Source of the DNA: Candidatus Eiseniibacteriota bacterium | GTDB taxonomy: Bacteria > Eisenbacteria > RBG-16-71-46 > CAZEPH01 | Length of the DNA: 21,832 nucleotides | Reading direction: 5' to 3' | NCBI GenBank assembly: GCA_044229145.1 | Contig: JBGATO010000060.1 | Coordinates: 1-21,832, forward strand | Shown: piece by piece, positions 1 through 8,360 of the stretch | Position numbering within the stretch: the stretch's first letter is position 1 | Layout: each line of letters begins with the position of its first letter | Translations under genes and position numbers: made by a program | The notes under the pieces: model-generated | The model's input: only the letters and a program-made list of their open reading frames with translations | What the model was told of the DNA's origin: nothing | The model's database searches: none

Positions 1-684
1 GTGACAGCCGACGAATGGCGCGTCGTCGCATTCACGCTCGAGACCGCGCTCGGGGCGACGGCGCTTGCCCTCGTGCCGGGCGTCGCGTTGGCGTGGGTGC
101 TCGCGCGGCGCGAGTTCGCCGGCAAGACGCTGATCGAGGCGGTGCTCACACTGCCGATCGTGGTGCCGCCTGTGGCGACGGGTTTGTTGCTGCTGCATCT
201 GGTCGGACGCCGCGCGCCGCTCGGCGCGTTCTTGCACCGCACGTTCGGCACTGATGTCGTGTTCACGTGGCGCGCGGTGGTGCTGGCGATGGCGGTGATG
301 GCGCTGCCGCTCCTGGTTCGCACGGCGCGCGTGGCGTTCGAGAGCGTACCGCCACGCGTCGAGACGGTGGCACGCACGCTGGGCGCCGGCGAGTGGCGGG
401 TGTTCCGCACCGTCACGCTGCCGCTGGCGCTGCGCGGCGTGGGCGCGGCGACGGTGCTGGCGTTCGCCCGCGCGGTCGGCGAGTTCGGGGCGACCGTGAT
501 GGTGGCGGGCATCATCCCCGGCCGCACCGAAACGCTGTCGCTCGCCATCTTCCAGCGCATCCAGCTCGGCGACGATCCCGGCGCGATGCGGCTCGTCTTG
601 ATGGCGATCGTCATCGGATTCGCGGCGACCTACGCGGCGGAGTTGCTGCAGCGCCGCACGGATGGCGCGGGCGCATCGCGATGA
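1..684 (+). CDS. modB: Molybdate ABC transporter permease
   Basis: Hydrophobic 227 aa protein with TLPIVVPPVATG, FTWRAVVLA, an EAA-type loop (VETVARTLGA) and FARAVGEFGAT. The GTG start is at the window edge, so the true start could lie upstream. The stop overlaps the next ATG (ATGA 681-684). Confidence 0.9.
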   Translation: MTADEWRVVAFTLETALGATALALVPGVALAWVLARREFAGKTLIEAVLTLPIVVPPVATGLLLLHLVGRRAPLGAFLHRTFGTDVVFTWRAVVLAMAVMALPLLVRTARVAFESVPPRVETVARTLGAGEWRVFRTVTLPLALRGVGAATVLAFARAVGEFGATVMVAGIIPGRTETLSLAIFQRIQLGDDPGAMRLVLMAIVIGFAATYAAELLQRRTDGAGASR

Positions 685-1343
685 CACTCGCGTTTGCCGG
701 CGTACGCCTGCCGCTCGCGCGCTTCGCGTTGACGCTGGAGGGACGCTACGAGGCGGACGCGCTCGGCATCGTCGGGCCGTCGGGCGCCGGCAAGACGAGC
801 CTGCTCGAGTTGCTGGCCGGGGCAAGGCGGCCGCGGGCCGGACGCGTCACGCTCGGCGACACCACGCTCGACGACGTCGCCGCCGGCGTGCATGTGCCGG
901 CGCGGCGGCGGCGCATCGGCTACGTGCCGCAAGACGGCGCGCTGTTCCCGCACCTCGACGTCCGCGCCAACATCCTCTACGGCGCGCGCGGCAGCGATCT
1001 CGGCCGCGTCGTCGACAGCCTCGAGATCGGAGGGTTGCTCGCCCGCCGTCCGCACACGCTCTCCGGCGGCGAAATCCAGCGCGTCGCGCTCGCGCGCGCC
1101 CTGATGGCGGACCCGGCGCTGTTGCTCTTCGACGAGCCGCTCGCCGGCCTCGACGCACCGCTGCGCTCCCGCGTGCTCCGCCATCTCCAGCAGGTGCGCG
1201 ACGTCTACCGCCTGCCGTTCGTCTACGTCACCCACGCCGAGGACGAAATCCGCGCCCTGTGCGACCGCGTCCTGGTGCTGCGCGAGGGATGCGTGGTGGC
1301 CGAGGGCCCGCCGGCAATCCTCGACGCCGGTCCCCGTCGGTGA
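681..1343 (+). CDS. modC: Molybdate ABC transporter ATP-binding protein (short, no C-terminal TOBE domain)
   Basis: Walker A GPSGAGKTS, RRIGYVPQDGALFPHL, LSGGE signature, LLLFDEP Walker B and YVTH. The start was set at the ATGA overlap with modB, giving 220 aa. Confidence 0.85.
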   Translation: MTLAFAGVRLPLARFALTLEGRYEADALGIVGPSGAGKTSLLELLAGARRPRAGRVTLGDTTLDDVAAGVHVPARRRRIGYVPQDGALFPHLDVRANILYGARGSDLGRVVDSLEIGGLLARRPHTLSGGEIQRVALARALMADPALLLFDEPLAGLDAPLRSRVLRHLQQVRDVYRLPFVYVTHAEDEIRALCDRVLVLREGCVVAEGPPAILDAGPRR

Positions 1344-1831
1344 ACCCGACCGCCACCGGTTCCCTGCACCACATCGAGTTGTATGTCAGCGACTTAGCGC
1401 GCTCGCTCGAGTTCTGGGAGTGGTTCCTCGGCCGCCTTGGCTATCGCCCGCATCAGGAATGGCCGGGGGGAAAGAGCCTCATCCATGGCGACACCTACTT
1501 GGTTTTCGTGCAGGCGCCTTCCGACTCTGCCGATGCTCCCTTCAACCGACGCCAATCCGGCCTCAACCACCTCGCGTTTCATGTGGGGACGGATGCTGAC
1601 GTCGACGACCTGACCGCTGCCTTGCGCGCTCGCGGTGTCCGTATCCTGTACGAGGATCGGCACCCGCACGCGGGCGGCCCGGACAGCTACGCCGTGTTCT
1701 GCGAGGACCCGGACGGGCTGAAGGTGGAGGGCGTGGCCACACGCGCGCCCCGAGGAGAGAGCGAGGCTCCGCATGCCCTTGAGACCCCAATCCCCCCCCG
1801 TGGCGACGGCCCCACATCCTCAGAGCGGTGA
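1340..1831 (+). CDS. VOC (glyoxalase/bleomycin-resistance/dioxygenase) family protein
   Basis: LHHIELYVSDL, GLNHLAFHV and FCEDPDGLKVE are typical VOC metal-binding motifs. The GTG start overlaps the modC stop (GTGA 1340-1343). Confidence 0.85.
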   Translation: MNPTATGSLHHIELYVSDLARSLEFWEWFLGRLGYRPHQEWPGGKSLIHGDTYLVFVQAPSDSADAPFNRRQSGLNHLAFHVGTDADVDDLTAALRARGVRILYEDRHPHAGGPDSYAVFCEDPDGLKVEGVATRAPRGESEAPHALETPIPPRGDGPTSSER

Positions 1832-1835
1832 TGCC

Positions 1836-2699
1836 ATGGAAGACGCACTGCCCACCCTCGATTCGTACAACGCGGGGGAACTGGAAGCGCAGTTGAAGCG
1901 CCTGGAGCGCCAGAACTGGACGTTCTGGTTGCTCACGGCCACCATCCTGCTCGGCCTCACCGCCTGCACGGCGATCCTCTACGTCTACGCCATCGGTTCG
2001 CCGAATCAGCTGTGGCAACCGACGTCGTACTCGACGCTGATCGCCTCTCTCGGCGGTTTGGTCGCGCTGTTCGTGCTGTACATGGTGTTCAAGCAGCAGC
2101 AGCTCGCGCGTCTGCGCGTCGAGGTCATCACGCAGCGTCTGTCGGCGAACCTGATGGAAGCGTCGCTGCGCGAGATGACGATCCTGTTCGAGGCGACGGT
2201 CGACATGGCCGCCGCGCCGGATGGTCCGCAGACCACGGTGATCGCCCTGCGCCAACTGCGCGAGGCATTCCGCGCCGACTACGCCGCGCTGTTCCCGGTG
2301 GCGGCCATCGGCGGCGTGCTGCGGGCCGACGTCAGCGATCCGCCGTTGTCGCGCACCAACCCCGGGCCGCTGCTCGAGGGCTCGGTGGCGAAAGCGGTGC
2401 TCGCCGCGGGCGAACGCGACCCGCGCTCGATGCTGATTCGCTCGAGCGTGAAGTGCTGCAACGCCGGCACCGTCATGGTGGCACCGTTGCACCCGCCGGG
2501 TGTGCCCTCGGGCGTGCCGGACTCGTGCATCGTGATCGCCCGCGACCCGCGCGAGACGCCATTCGAGGAGTTCGAGCGGCGCTTGCTCGGCGCCTTCGTC
2601 GCCCACTTGGCGGCGACGCGCCAGCCGGAGCGCGCGCCGGCCAAGGCACCGGTACCGCTCATCCGCCCGGTGCGCCGGACTCGGCCGGCCACGGCCTAA
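1836..2699 (+). CDS. Membrane protein with two TM helices, a coiled segment and a probable GAF-like domain
   Basis: Two hydrophobic stretches (FWLLTATILLGLTACTAILYVYAI and LIASLGGLVALFVLYMVF) are followed by GAF-like motifs (VMVAPL...IVIAR...PFEEFERRLLGAFVAHLA). ATG lies 4 nt after the VOC stop. Confidence 0.6.
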   Translation: MEDALPTLDSYNAGELEAQLKRLERQNWTFWLLTATILLGLTACTAILYVYAIGSPNQLWQPTSYSTLIASLGGLVALFVLYMVFKQQQLARLRVEVITQRLSANLMEASLREMTILFEATVDMAAAPDGPQTTVIALRQLREAFRADYAALFPVAAIGGVLRADVSDPPLSRTNPGPLLEGSVAKAVLAAGERDPRSMLIRSSVKCCNAGTVMVAPLHPPGVPSGVPDSCIVIARDPRETPFEEFERRLLGAFVAHLAATRQPERAPAKAPVPLIRPVRRTRPATA

Positions 2700-2720
2700 C
2701 GCTGTAGCCCCCCTCCACTC

Positions 2721-2758
2721 ACGGACGGCGCGGGGACTTCGGTCCTCGCGCCGTTTGT
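2721..2758 (+). terminator. Stable hairpin, likely intrinsic terminator of the mod/VOC/GAF transcript
   Basis: ACGGACGGCGCGGGGAC-TTCG-GTCCTCGCGCCGTTTGT forms a 17-bp stem (some G-U pairs) with a C(UUCG)G tetraloop, 21 nt after the stop. The U-tract is weak. Confidence 0.7.
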
Positions 2759-2766
2759 GCGTACGC

Positions 2767-2830
2767 AGCCCATGATATGTCATGGCTAGCCCGTGATATG
2801 TGCTGTGGCATCACGGCTCGCCGTGCCACA
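2767..2830. promoter_or_regulatory. Candidate upstream activator (enhancer) sites
   Basis: Direct repeat AGCCC(A/G)TGATATGT at 2767 and 2788 (21-bp period). Inverted repeats CCATGA-N4-TCATGG (2770-2785) and TGTGGCA-N13-TGCCACA (2804-2830). All lie about 90-150 bp upstream of the -24/-12 element. Confidence 0.5.
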
Positions 2831-2914
2831 CAGGGAGCCAGGCCACTGCCCCTCATGGCTCCCATCTAATTTCCTCCCAACACGTTAGAAAATCACGGGA
2901 AGTCACCATCGGCG

Positions 2915-2930
2915 CTGGCATGGCGGCTGC
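2915..2930 (+). promoter_or_regulatory. Sigma54 (RpoN) -24/-12 promoter of the porin-sulfate operon
   Basis: CTGGCATGGCGGCTGC has exact GG-N10-GC spacing (GG 2917-2918, GC 2929-2930) and is close to YTGGCACG-N4-TTGC. It lies 70 nt before the porin ATG, and a sigma54 activator gene follows the operon. Confidence 0.65.
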
Positions 2931-3000
2931 GCTAGGGCAGCCGGCGCGGATAGTCCGCGCCCGTTTGCCGTGCTGCCATCCACACGCAGGGATCTGCCCG

Positions 3001-4359
3001 ATGACCGTCTCCACGACTGCCCGATTCGTCCGCCGCGCCTGTGTGGCCGGCGTCCTCCTCGCCGCTGCCGGCATCCGTCCCGCCGCAGCGCAGACGGCCG
3101 CGCTGCCGGACTCGGCGACCCTCGCCGCCATCGCAGCCGCGGTGCAGGCGCAGCTGCCCAAAACACCCACGGTGACCGCCGGCAAGGACGGCTTCGTCAT
3201 CACCTCCGTCGACAAGGCGTACCGGCTGAAGATCGGCGGCTACTTCCAGATCGACACGCGCATCTACGGCGACCGCCCGGCGGGGACGTTCAACACGTTC
3301 CTGCTGCGCCGCATCCGCCCGAGCATCGAAGGCACGGTGAACGAGAAGTACACGTTCCGTTTCATGCCGGACTTCGGCGGCGGCAGCACGGTGCTCTACG
3401 ACGCGTACGCGGAGTTCACGCCGGTGAAGGGCATCGGGATCCGCACCGGAAAGTTCAAGCAGCCGGTGGGTCTCGAGCGCCTCGACTCGGCGAACGCACT
3501 GCTGTTCATCGAGCGCGGCCTGCCGACGCAGTTGGTGGCGACGCGTGACCTCGGTGTGCAGGTCGGCGGCGACCTCCGCGATGGCCGCGTTACCTATGCC
3601 GCCGGTGTGTTCAACGGCATCCAGGACGGCGCGCTCGGCGATGCCGACGTCGACAACGGCAAGGACCTCGTGGGCCGCCTCTTCCTGCAGCCGTTCAAGT
3701 TCACCGGCCCGGCGCCGCTGCAAGGACTCGGCCTCGGTATCGCCGGCAGCAGCGGCCGTCACGATGGCACGCCCACCGCGCCGCAGCTCACGACGTTCCG
3801 CTCGGCCGGCCAACAGACATTCTTCCGCTACCTCGCCGACAGCGCGCCGGCCACCAACAAGAACAAGACGACGTTCGCGTTCGGCTCGCACCGCCGCCTC
3901 AACTACGAGAGCTGGTACAGCTACGGCCGGTTCGGCTACCAAGGCGAATACGCGAAGGTGCAAGAGGACGTGAAGAAGGACTCGACCGCGGTGACCCGCC
4001 TCGCGCACACCGCGTGGGTCGGCAACTTCACCGTGTTGCTCACGCCCGATGCGGCGCGCCCCGACGGCGTGCGCCCGGCGCACAACTTCGACCCGAAGAA
4101 CGGGCACTGGGGCGCGCTCGAACTTGCGCTGCGCTTCGAGAACTTGAAGGTCGACCCGGCCGCGTTCCCGAAGTTCGCCGACGCGGCGAAGTCGGCGAAG
4201 TCGGCGAAGGGCACCGGCTACGGAGTCAACTGGTACTTCTCGAGCACCTACAAGGCGCAGGTCAATTACTCGGTGACCCACTTCCTCGGCGGCGCATCCG
4301 CCGGTGGCAATCGCGCCACCGAGAAGGCGTGGCAGACCCGGTTCCAGGTCAAGTTCTAG
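3001..4359 (+). CDS. OprO/OprP-family (anion-selective) outer-membrane porin
   Basis: Signal peptide ending RPAAAQ. Motifs include [38 protein letters not shown] and GVNWY, and the terminal beta-strand ends in Phe (RFQVKF). The start was chosen at ATG 3001. Confidence 0.85.
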   Translation: MTVSTTARFVRRACVAGVLLAAAGIRPAAAQTAALPDSATLAAIAAAVQAQLPKTPTVTAGKDGFVITSVDKAYRLKIGGYFQIDTRIYGDRPAGTFNTFLLRRIRPSIEGTVNEKYTFRFMPDFGGGSTVLYDAYAEFTPVKGIGIRTGKFKQPVGLERLDSANALLFIERGLPTQLVATRDLGVQVGGDLRDGRVTYAAGVFNGIQDGALGDADVDNGKDLVGRLFLQPFKFTGPAPLQGLGLGIAGSSGRHDGTPTAPQLTTFRSAGQQTFFRYLADSAPATNKNKTTFAFGSHRRLNYESWYSYGRFGYQGEYAKVQEDVKKDSTAVTRLAHTAWVGNFTVLLTPDAARPDGVRPAHNFDPKNGHWGALELALRFENLKVDPAAFPKFADAAKSAKSAKGTGYGVNWYFSSTYKAQVNYSVTHFLGGASAGGNRATEKAWQTRFQVKF

Positions 4360-4373
4360 TGAAGGAGGCATCC

Positions 4374-5393
4374 GTGCTGTCACGTCGCATCGTTACCCGT
4401 CTCGCCGCCTGCGCGTTCGTCATCGCGGCGGGTCTCGCGAGCGGTCCCGCACCACGCGCGCACGCGGAGTCGGTCACGCTGCTCAACGTGTCCTACGACC
4501 CGACGCGCGAATTCTACGACGAGTTCAACAAGACCTTCGCCAGCTTCTGGAAGAAGAAGACCGGCCAGGACGTCACGGTGCGGCAGTCGCACGGCGGCTC
4601 CGGCAAGCAGGCGCGTGCGGTCATCGACGGGCTCGAGGCCGACGTCGCCACGCTCGCGCTCGCCTACGACGTCAACCAGCTCTACGAGAACGCGGAGCTG
4701 ATTCCGTCGACGTGGCAGAAGCGTCTGCCGCACAACAGCTGTCCGTACACGTCGACCATCGTGTTCGTGGTGCGCAAGGGCAACCCGAAGGCGATCCGCG
4801 ACTGGAGCGATCTCACGAAGGCCGGCGTGCAGGTGATCACGCCGAACCCGAAGACCTCGGGCGGCGCGCGCTGGAACTACCTGGCCGCGTGGGGCTACGC
4901 CAAGCAGAGCGGCAAGAACCCGAAGGAATTCGTGCGGGCGCTCTACAAGAACGTGCCGGTGCTCGACTCCGGCGCGCGCGGTTCGACGAACACCTTCGCG
5001 GTGAACGGCATCGGCGATGTGCTCGTGGCGTGGGAGAACGAGGCGCTGCTGTTGATGAACGAGCAGGGCAGCGACAAGTTCGAACTGGTGGTGCCGTCGG
5101 TGAGCATCCTCGCGGAGCCGCCGGTGACGGTGGTCGACAAGTACGTCGACAAGCATCACACGCGCCCGGTCGCGGAGGCCTACCTCAAGGCGCTCTATTC
5201 GGAGGCCGGCCAGGACATCGCGGCGAAGCACTACTTCCGGCCGATCGGCGCCAAGGCGCTGGCGAAGTACGGCAAGCAATTCCCGAACGTGAAGCTCTTC
5301 ACCATCGACAAGGTCTTCGGCGGCTGGGCGTTGGCGCAGAAGGCGCACTTCGCCGATGGCGGCACGTTCGACCAGATTTACGCGGCGCGATGA
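4374..5393 (+). CDS. sbp: Sulfate ABC transporter periplasmic binding protein
   Basis: RBS AAGGAGG (4362-4368) and GTG start. Signal peptide ending AHA-E. Motifs [22 protein letters not shown] and [18 protein letters not shown]. Confidence 0.95.
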   Translation: MLSRRIVTRLAACAFVIAAGLASGPAPRAHAESVTLLNVSYDPTREFYDEFNKTFASFWKKKTGQDVTVRQSHGGSGKQARAVIDGLEADVATLALAYDVNQLYENAELIPSTWQKRLPHNSCPYTSTIVFVVRKGNPKAIRDWSDLTKAGVQVITPNPKTSGGARWNYLAAWGYAKQSGKNPKEFVRALYKNVPVLDSGARGSTNTFAVNGIGDVLVAWENEALLLMNEQGSDKFELVVPSVSILAEPPVTVVDKYVDKHHTRPVAEAYLKALYSEAGQDIAAKHYFRPIGAKALAKYGKQFPNVKLFTIDKVFGGWALAQKAHFADGGTFDQIYAAR

Positions 5394-6310
5394 GCACGCC
5401 GTCACATTCCGCGGACGCAACACCCGCGGCGAAGGCGTCGCCGGCTTTTCCTCCGGGGCCGGCGCGCCGTCGCCGTCGACGGCTTTTCCTCATGCGTCCC
5501 GCCGTTCTCCCAGGGTTTTCGCAGACCCTGGGCTTTGCCGTCTTCTACATCAGCCTCGTGGTGCTGCTGCCGATAGCCGCGCTGGTGATGAAGTCGGCGA
5601 CGCTGAGCTGGCCGGAGTTCTGGGCCACCATTTCGTCGCCGCGCGCGGTGGCCGCTTTCCGGCTCAGTTTCTTCGCGTCGGTGGCGGCGGCGCTGATCAA
5701 CGGCGTCTTCGGCATGATCGTGGCGTGGGTGCTGGTGCGCTACCGCTTTCCCGGCAAGACGCTGATCGACGCGGTGGTCGACTTGCCGTTCGCGCTGCCG
5801 ACCGCGGTGGCCGGCATCGCACTCACCTCGCTCTACGCGCCGAACGGCTGGATCGGACAATTCTTCGCGAAGGCCGGCATCCAGGTCTCGTTCACGCCGC
5901 TCGGCATCGTCGTCGCACTCACCTTCGTGGGATTGCCGTTCGTGGTGCGCACGGTGCAGCCCGTGCTCGAGGACATCGACGCCGAAATCGAGGAAGCGGC
6001 GGCGGCGCTCGGCGCTTCGCGCATGCAGACGTTCCGCCGCGTGCTCTTCCCGGCGATCCTGCCGGCGCTGCTCACCGGCGCGACGCTGGCGTTCGCGCGC
6101 GCGGTCGGCGAATACGGCTCGGTGGTGTTCATCAGCGGCAACATGCCGCTCAAGACCGAGATCGCGCCGCTGCTCATCGTTACCAAACTCGAACAGTACG
6201 AATACGCCGAGGCCACGGCGATCGCGGTGGTCATGCTCGCGGCGTCGTTCGTGCTGCTGTTCGCGCTGAATGCGGTGCAGGCGTGGAGCCGGCGCCGCTC
6301 GCAACGCTAG
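5390..6310 (+). CDS. cysT: Sulfate ABC transporter permease CysT (CysU)
   Basis: [45 protein letters not shown] and [13 protein letters not shown] overlap with sbp; an alternative start exists at ATG 5492. Confidence 0.95.
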   Translation: MSTPSHSADATPAAKASPAFPPGPARRRRRRLFLMRPAVLPGFSQTLGFAVFYISLVVLLPIAALVMKSATLSWPEFWATISSPRAVAAFRLSFFASVAAALINGVFGMIVAWVLVRYRFPGKTLIDAVVDLPFALPTAVAGIALTSLYAPNGWIGQFFAKAGIQVSFTPLGIVVALTFVGLPFVVRTVQPVLEDIDAEIEEAAAALGASRMQTFRRVLFPAILPALLTGATLAFARAVGEYGSVVFISGNMPLKTEIAPLLIVTKLEQYEYAEATAIAVVMLAASFVLLFALNAVQAWSRRRSQR

Positions 6311-6322
6311 GAGGCCGCTCGC

Positions 6323-7183
6323 ATGGCTCGCACCGCACATGCCGTCTCGCCGCTCGGCGGCGGCGCCCTGCGCGCCACCACCGAACCGCCGGTGGTGGCC
6401 GTCGGTCTCATCGTCGTCAGCGTGCTGTTCTTGGCGCTCTTCCTCGTGGTGCCGCTGGTGAGCGTGTTCGTGCAGGCGTTCGCCAAGGGCATCGGCGTGT
6501 ATTGGGCGAGCGTCACCGAGCCCGACGCACGCGCGGCGATCCGCCTCACGCTGCTCACCGCCGCCATCGCGGTGCCGCTCAACACCGTGTTCGGTGTCGC
6601 GGCGGCGTGGGCGATTACGAAATTCGAGTTCCGCGGCAAGAACGCGCTGGTCACGCTGATCGACCTGCCGTTCACGATTTCGCCGGTGATCTCGGGACTC
6701 ATGTTCGTGCTGCTGTTCGGCGCGCGCGGCGTGTTCGGCGGCTGGCTCAGCGCGCACGACATCCATCTCGTGTTCGCGGCGCCGGGCATCGTGCTGGCGA
6801 CGACGTTCGTGACGTTCCCGTTCATCGCGCGCGAGCTGATCCCGCTGATGCAGGAGCAAGGCAGCGACGAGGAGGAAGCGGCGATGACGCTCGGCGCCAA
6901 GGGCTGGCAGATCTTCTGGCGCATCACGCTGCCGCGCATTCGCTGGGGATTGCTGTACGGCGTCGTGCTGTGCAACGCCCGCGCGATGGGCGAGTTCGGC
7001 GCGGTGTCGGTGGTGTCGGGCCACGTGCGCGGTGTCACCAACACGCTCTCGCTGCACGTCGAGACGCTCTACAACGAGTACAACGCGTCGGCGGCGTTCG
7101 CGGTCGCGTCGCTCTTGGCGTTGCTGGGATTGGTGACGCTGACCTGCAAGAAGGCCATCGAGTGGAAGACGCGCCGCGCGTAG
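6323..7183 (+). CDS. cysW: Sulfate ABC transporter permease CysW
   Basis: [25 protein letters not shown] and [25 protein letters not shown] lies upstream. Confidence 0.95.
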   Translation: MARTAHAVSPLGGGALRATTEPPVVAVGLIVVSVLFLALFLVVPLVSVFVQAFAKGIGVYWASVTEPDARAAIRLTLLTAAIAVPLNTVFGVAAAWAITKFEFRGKNALVTLIDLPFTISPVISGLMFVLLFGARGVFGGWLSAHDIHLVFAAPGIVLATTFVTFPFIARELIPLMQEQGSDEEEAAMTLGAKGWQIFWRITLPRIRWGLLYGVVLCNARAMGEFGAVSVVSGHVRGVTNTLSLHVETLYNEYNASAAFAVASLLALLGLVTLTCKKAIEWKTRRA

Positions 7184-7205
7184 GCGGCAGGAGGAAACGG
7201 ACGAC

Positions 7206-8285
7206 ATGAGCATTCACGTGCGCGACATCCGCAAGACCTACGGCGATTTCGTCGCCCTCGACCGGGTGCGCCTCGAGGTCAAGCCGGGTGAATTGCTGGC
7301 GCTGCTCGGGCCGTCGGGCTCGGGCAAGACGACGCTCTTGCGTATCATCGCCGGCCTCGAATCGCCGGACAGCGGCGCGATCCTGTTCGACGATGTGGAC
7401 GCGACGACGCAGGACACGCGCGAGCGCGGCGTCGGCTTCGTGTTCCAGCACTTCGCGCTGTTCCGCCACATGACGGTGTTGGAAAACGTCGCGTTCGGAC
7501 TGCGCATCCAGCCGCGCGGACGGCGGCCGTCGCCGCAGGCGATCACCGAGCGCGCGCACGAACTGCTGCGGCTGGTGCAGCTCGATGGCTTCAGCCACCG
7601 CTATCCGGATCAGCTCTCCGGCGGTCAGCGCCAGCGAGTCGCGTTGGCGCGCGCGCTCGCCGTCGAGCCACGTGTGCTGCTGCTCGACGAACCGTTCGGA
7701 TCCCTCGACGCCAAGGTGCGCAACGAACTGCGGCGCTGGCTGCGCCGCCTGCACGACGAACTCCACATCACCAGCGTCTTCGTCACGCACGACCAAGACG
7801 AAGCGCTCGAAGTGGCGGACCGCGTCGTCGTAATGAACCACGGCAAGATCGAACAGGTCGGGACGCCCGAAGACGTCTACGACCGGCCGGCGAGCTCGTT
7901 CGTGCTCGAGTTCCTCGGCCACGTGAACGTCTTCCACGGGCGCGTGCACGAAGGGCTGGCGCACGTCGGCGGCATGCAGCTCGACGTGCCGCATCACGCC
8001 GAGAGCCAGGACGTGCCGGCGGTGGCGTACGTCCGGCCGCACGAGTTCGACGTGGTGCGCGGCGCCGAGGACAATTTCGTGGTACCGGCGCGCCTCACCC
8101 ACGCGCAGCCGGTGGGCCGGACGATGCGCCTCACCTTCGACGCCGAACCGGACGGCCAGACCATCGAGGTCGAACTGCCGCGCGACCGTTACGCGGCGCT
8201 CGGCCTGCACGTCGGCGAGTCGGTGTACGTGCGACCGCGCAACTGGGCGGTCTTCCCGTCGCCGCCGCATGGCGCGCACGGATAG
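7206..8285 (+). CDS. cysA: Sulfate ABC transporter ATP-binding protein CysA
   Basis: [46 protein letters not shown] and a C-terminal TOBE-like region (YVRPHE). RBS AGGAGG. Confidence 0.95.
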   Translation: MSIHVRDIRKTYGDFVALDRVRLEVKPGELLALLGPSGSGKTTLLRIIAGLESPDSGAILFDDVDATTQDTRERGVGFVFQHFALFRHMTVLENVAFGLRIQPRGRRPSPQAITERAHELLRLVQLDGFSHRYPDQLSGGQRQRVALARALAVEPRVLLLDEPFGSLDAKVRNELRRWLRRLHDELHITSVFVTHDQDEALEVADRVVVMNHGKIEQVGTPEDVYDRPASSFVLEFLGHVNVFHGRVHEGLAHVGGMQLDVPHHAESQDVPAVAYVRPHEFDVVRGAEDNFVVPARLTHAQPVGRTMRLTFDAEPDGQTIEVELPRDRYAALGLHVGESVYVRPRNWAVFPSPPHGAHG

Positions 8286-8309
8286 CTCGTCGGCACCGCG
8301 CGGCCCAGG

Positions 8310-8315
8310 TACACT
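8310..8315 (+). promoter_or_regulatory. Candidate sigma70-type -10 box for the activator gene
   Basis: GGTACACT sits in the 75-bp cysA-activator gap. The same octamer precedes the deacetylase gene (11011-11018). Confidence 0.4.
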
Positions 8316-8360
8316 GCCGCCGCGGCACCTCTCCCGTCGTCTCGAGGATGATTCGTCCGG

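Noticed and set aside
267..1339. N-terminal extensions of modC (from 267) and VOC (from 662) in the ORF track
   Set aside because: They overlap upstream genes. The ATGA/GTGA coupled starts at 681 and 1340 fit the domain boundaries.
2800..3000. Extended porin N-terminus from GTG 2800
   Set aside because: It would run through the promoter region and bury the signal peptide. ATG 3001 fits better.
4184..4209. 9-bp tandem repeat CGGCGAAGT x about 3
   Set aside because: It is in-frame coding (AKSAKSAK) within the porin, too short for a CRISPR array, and has no spacers.
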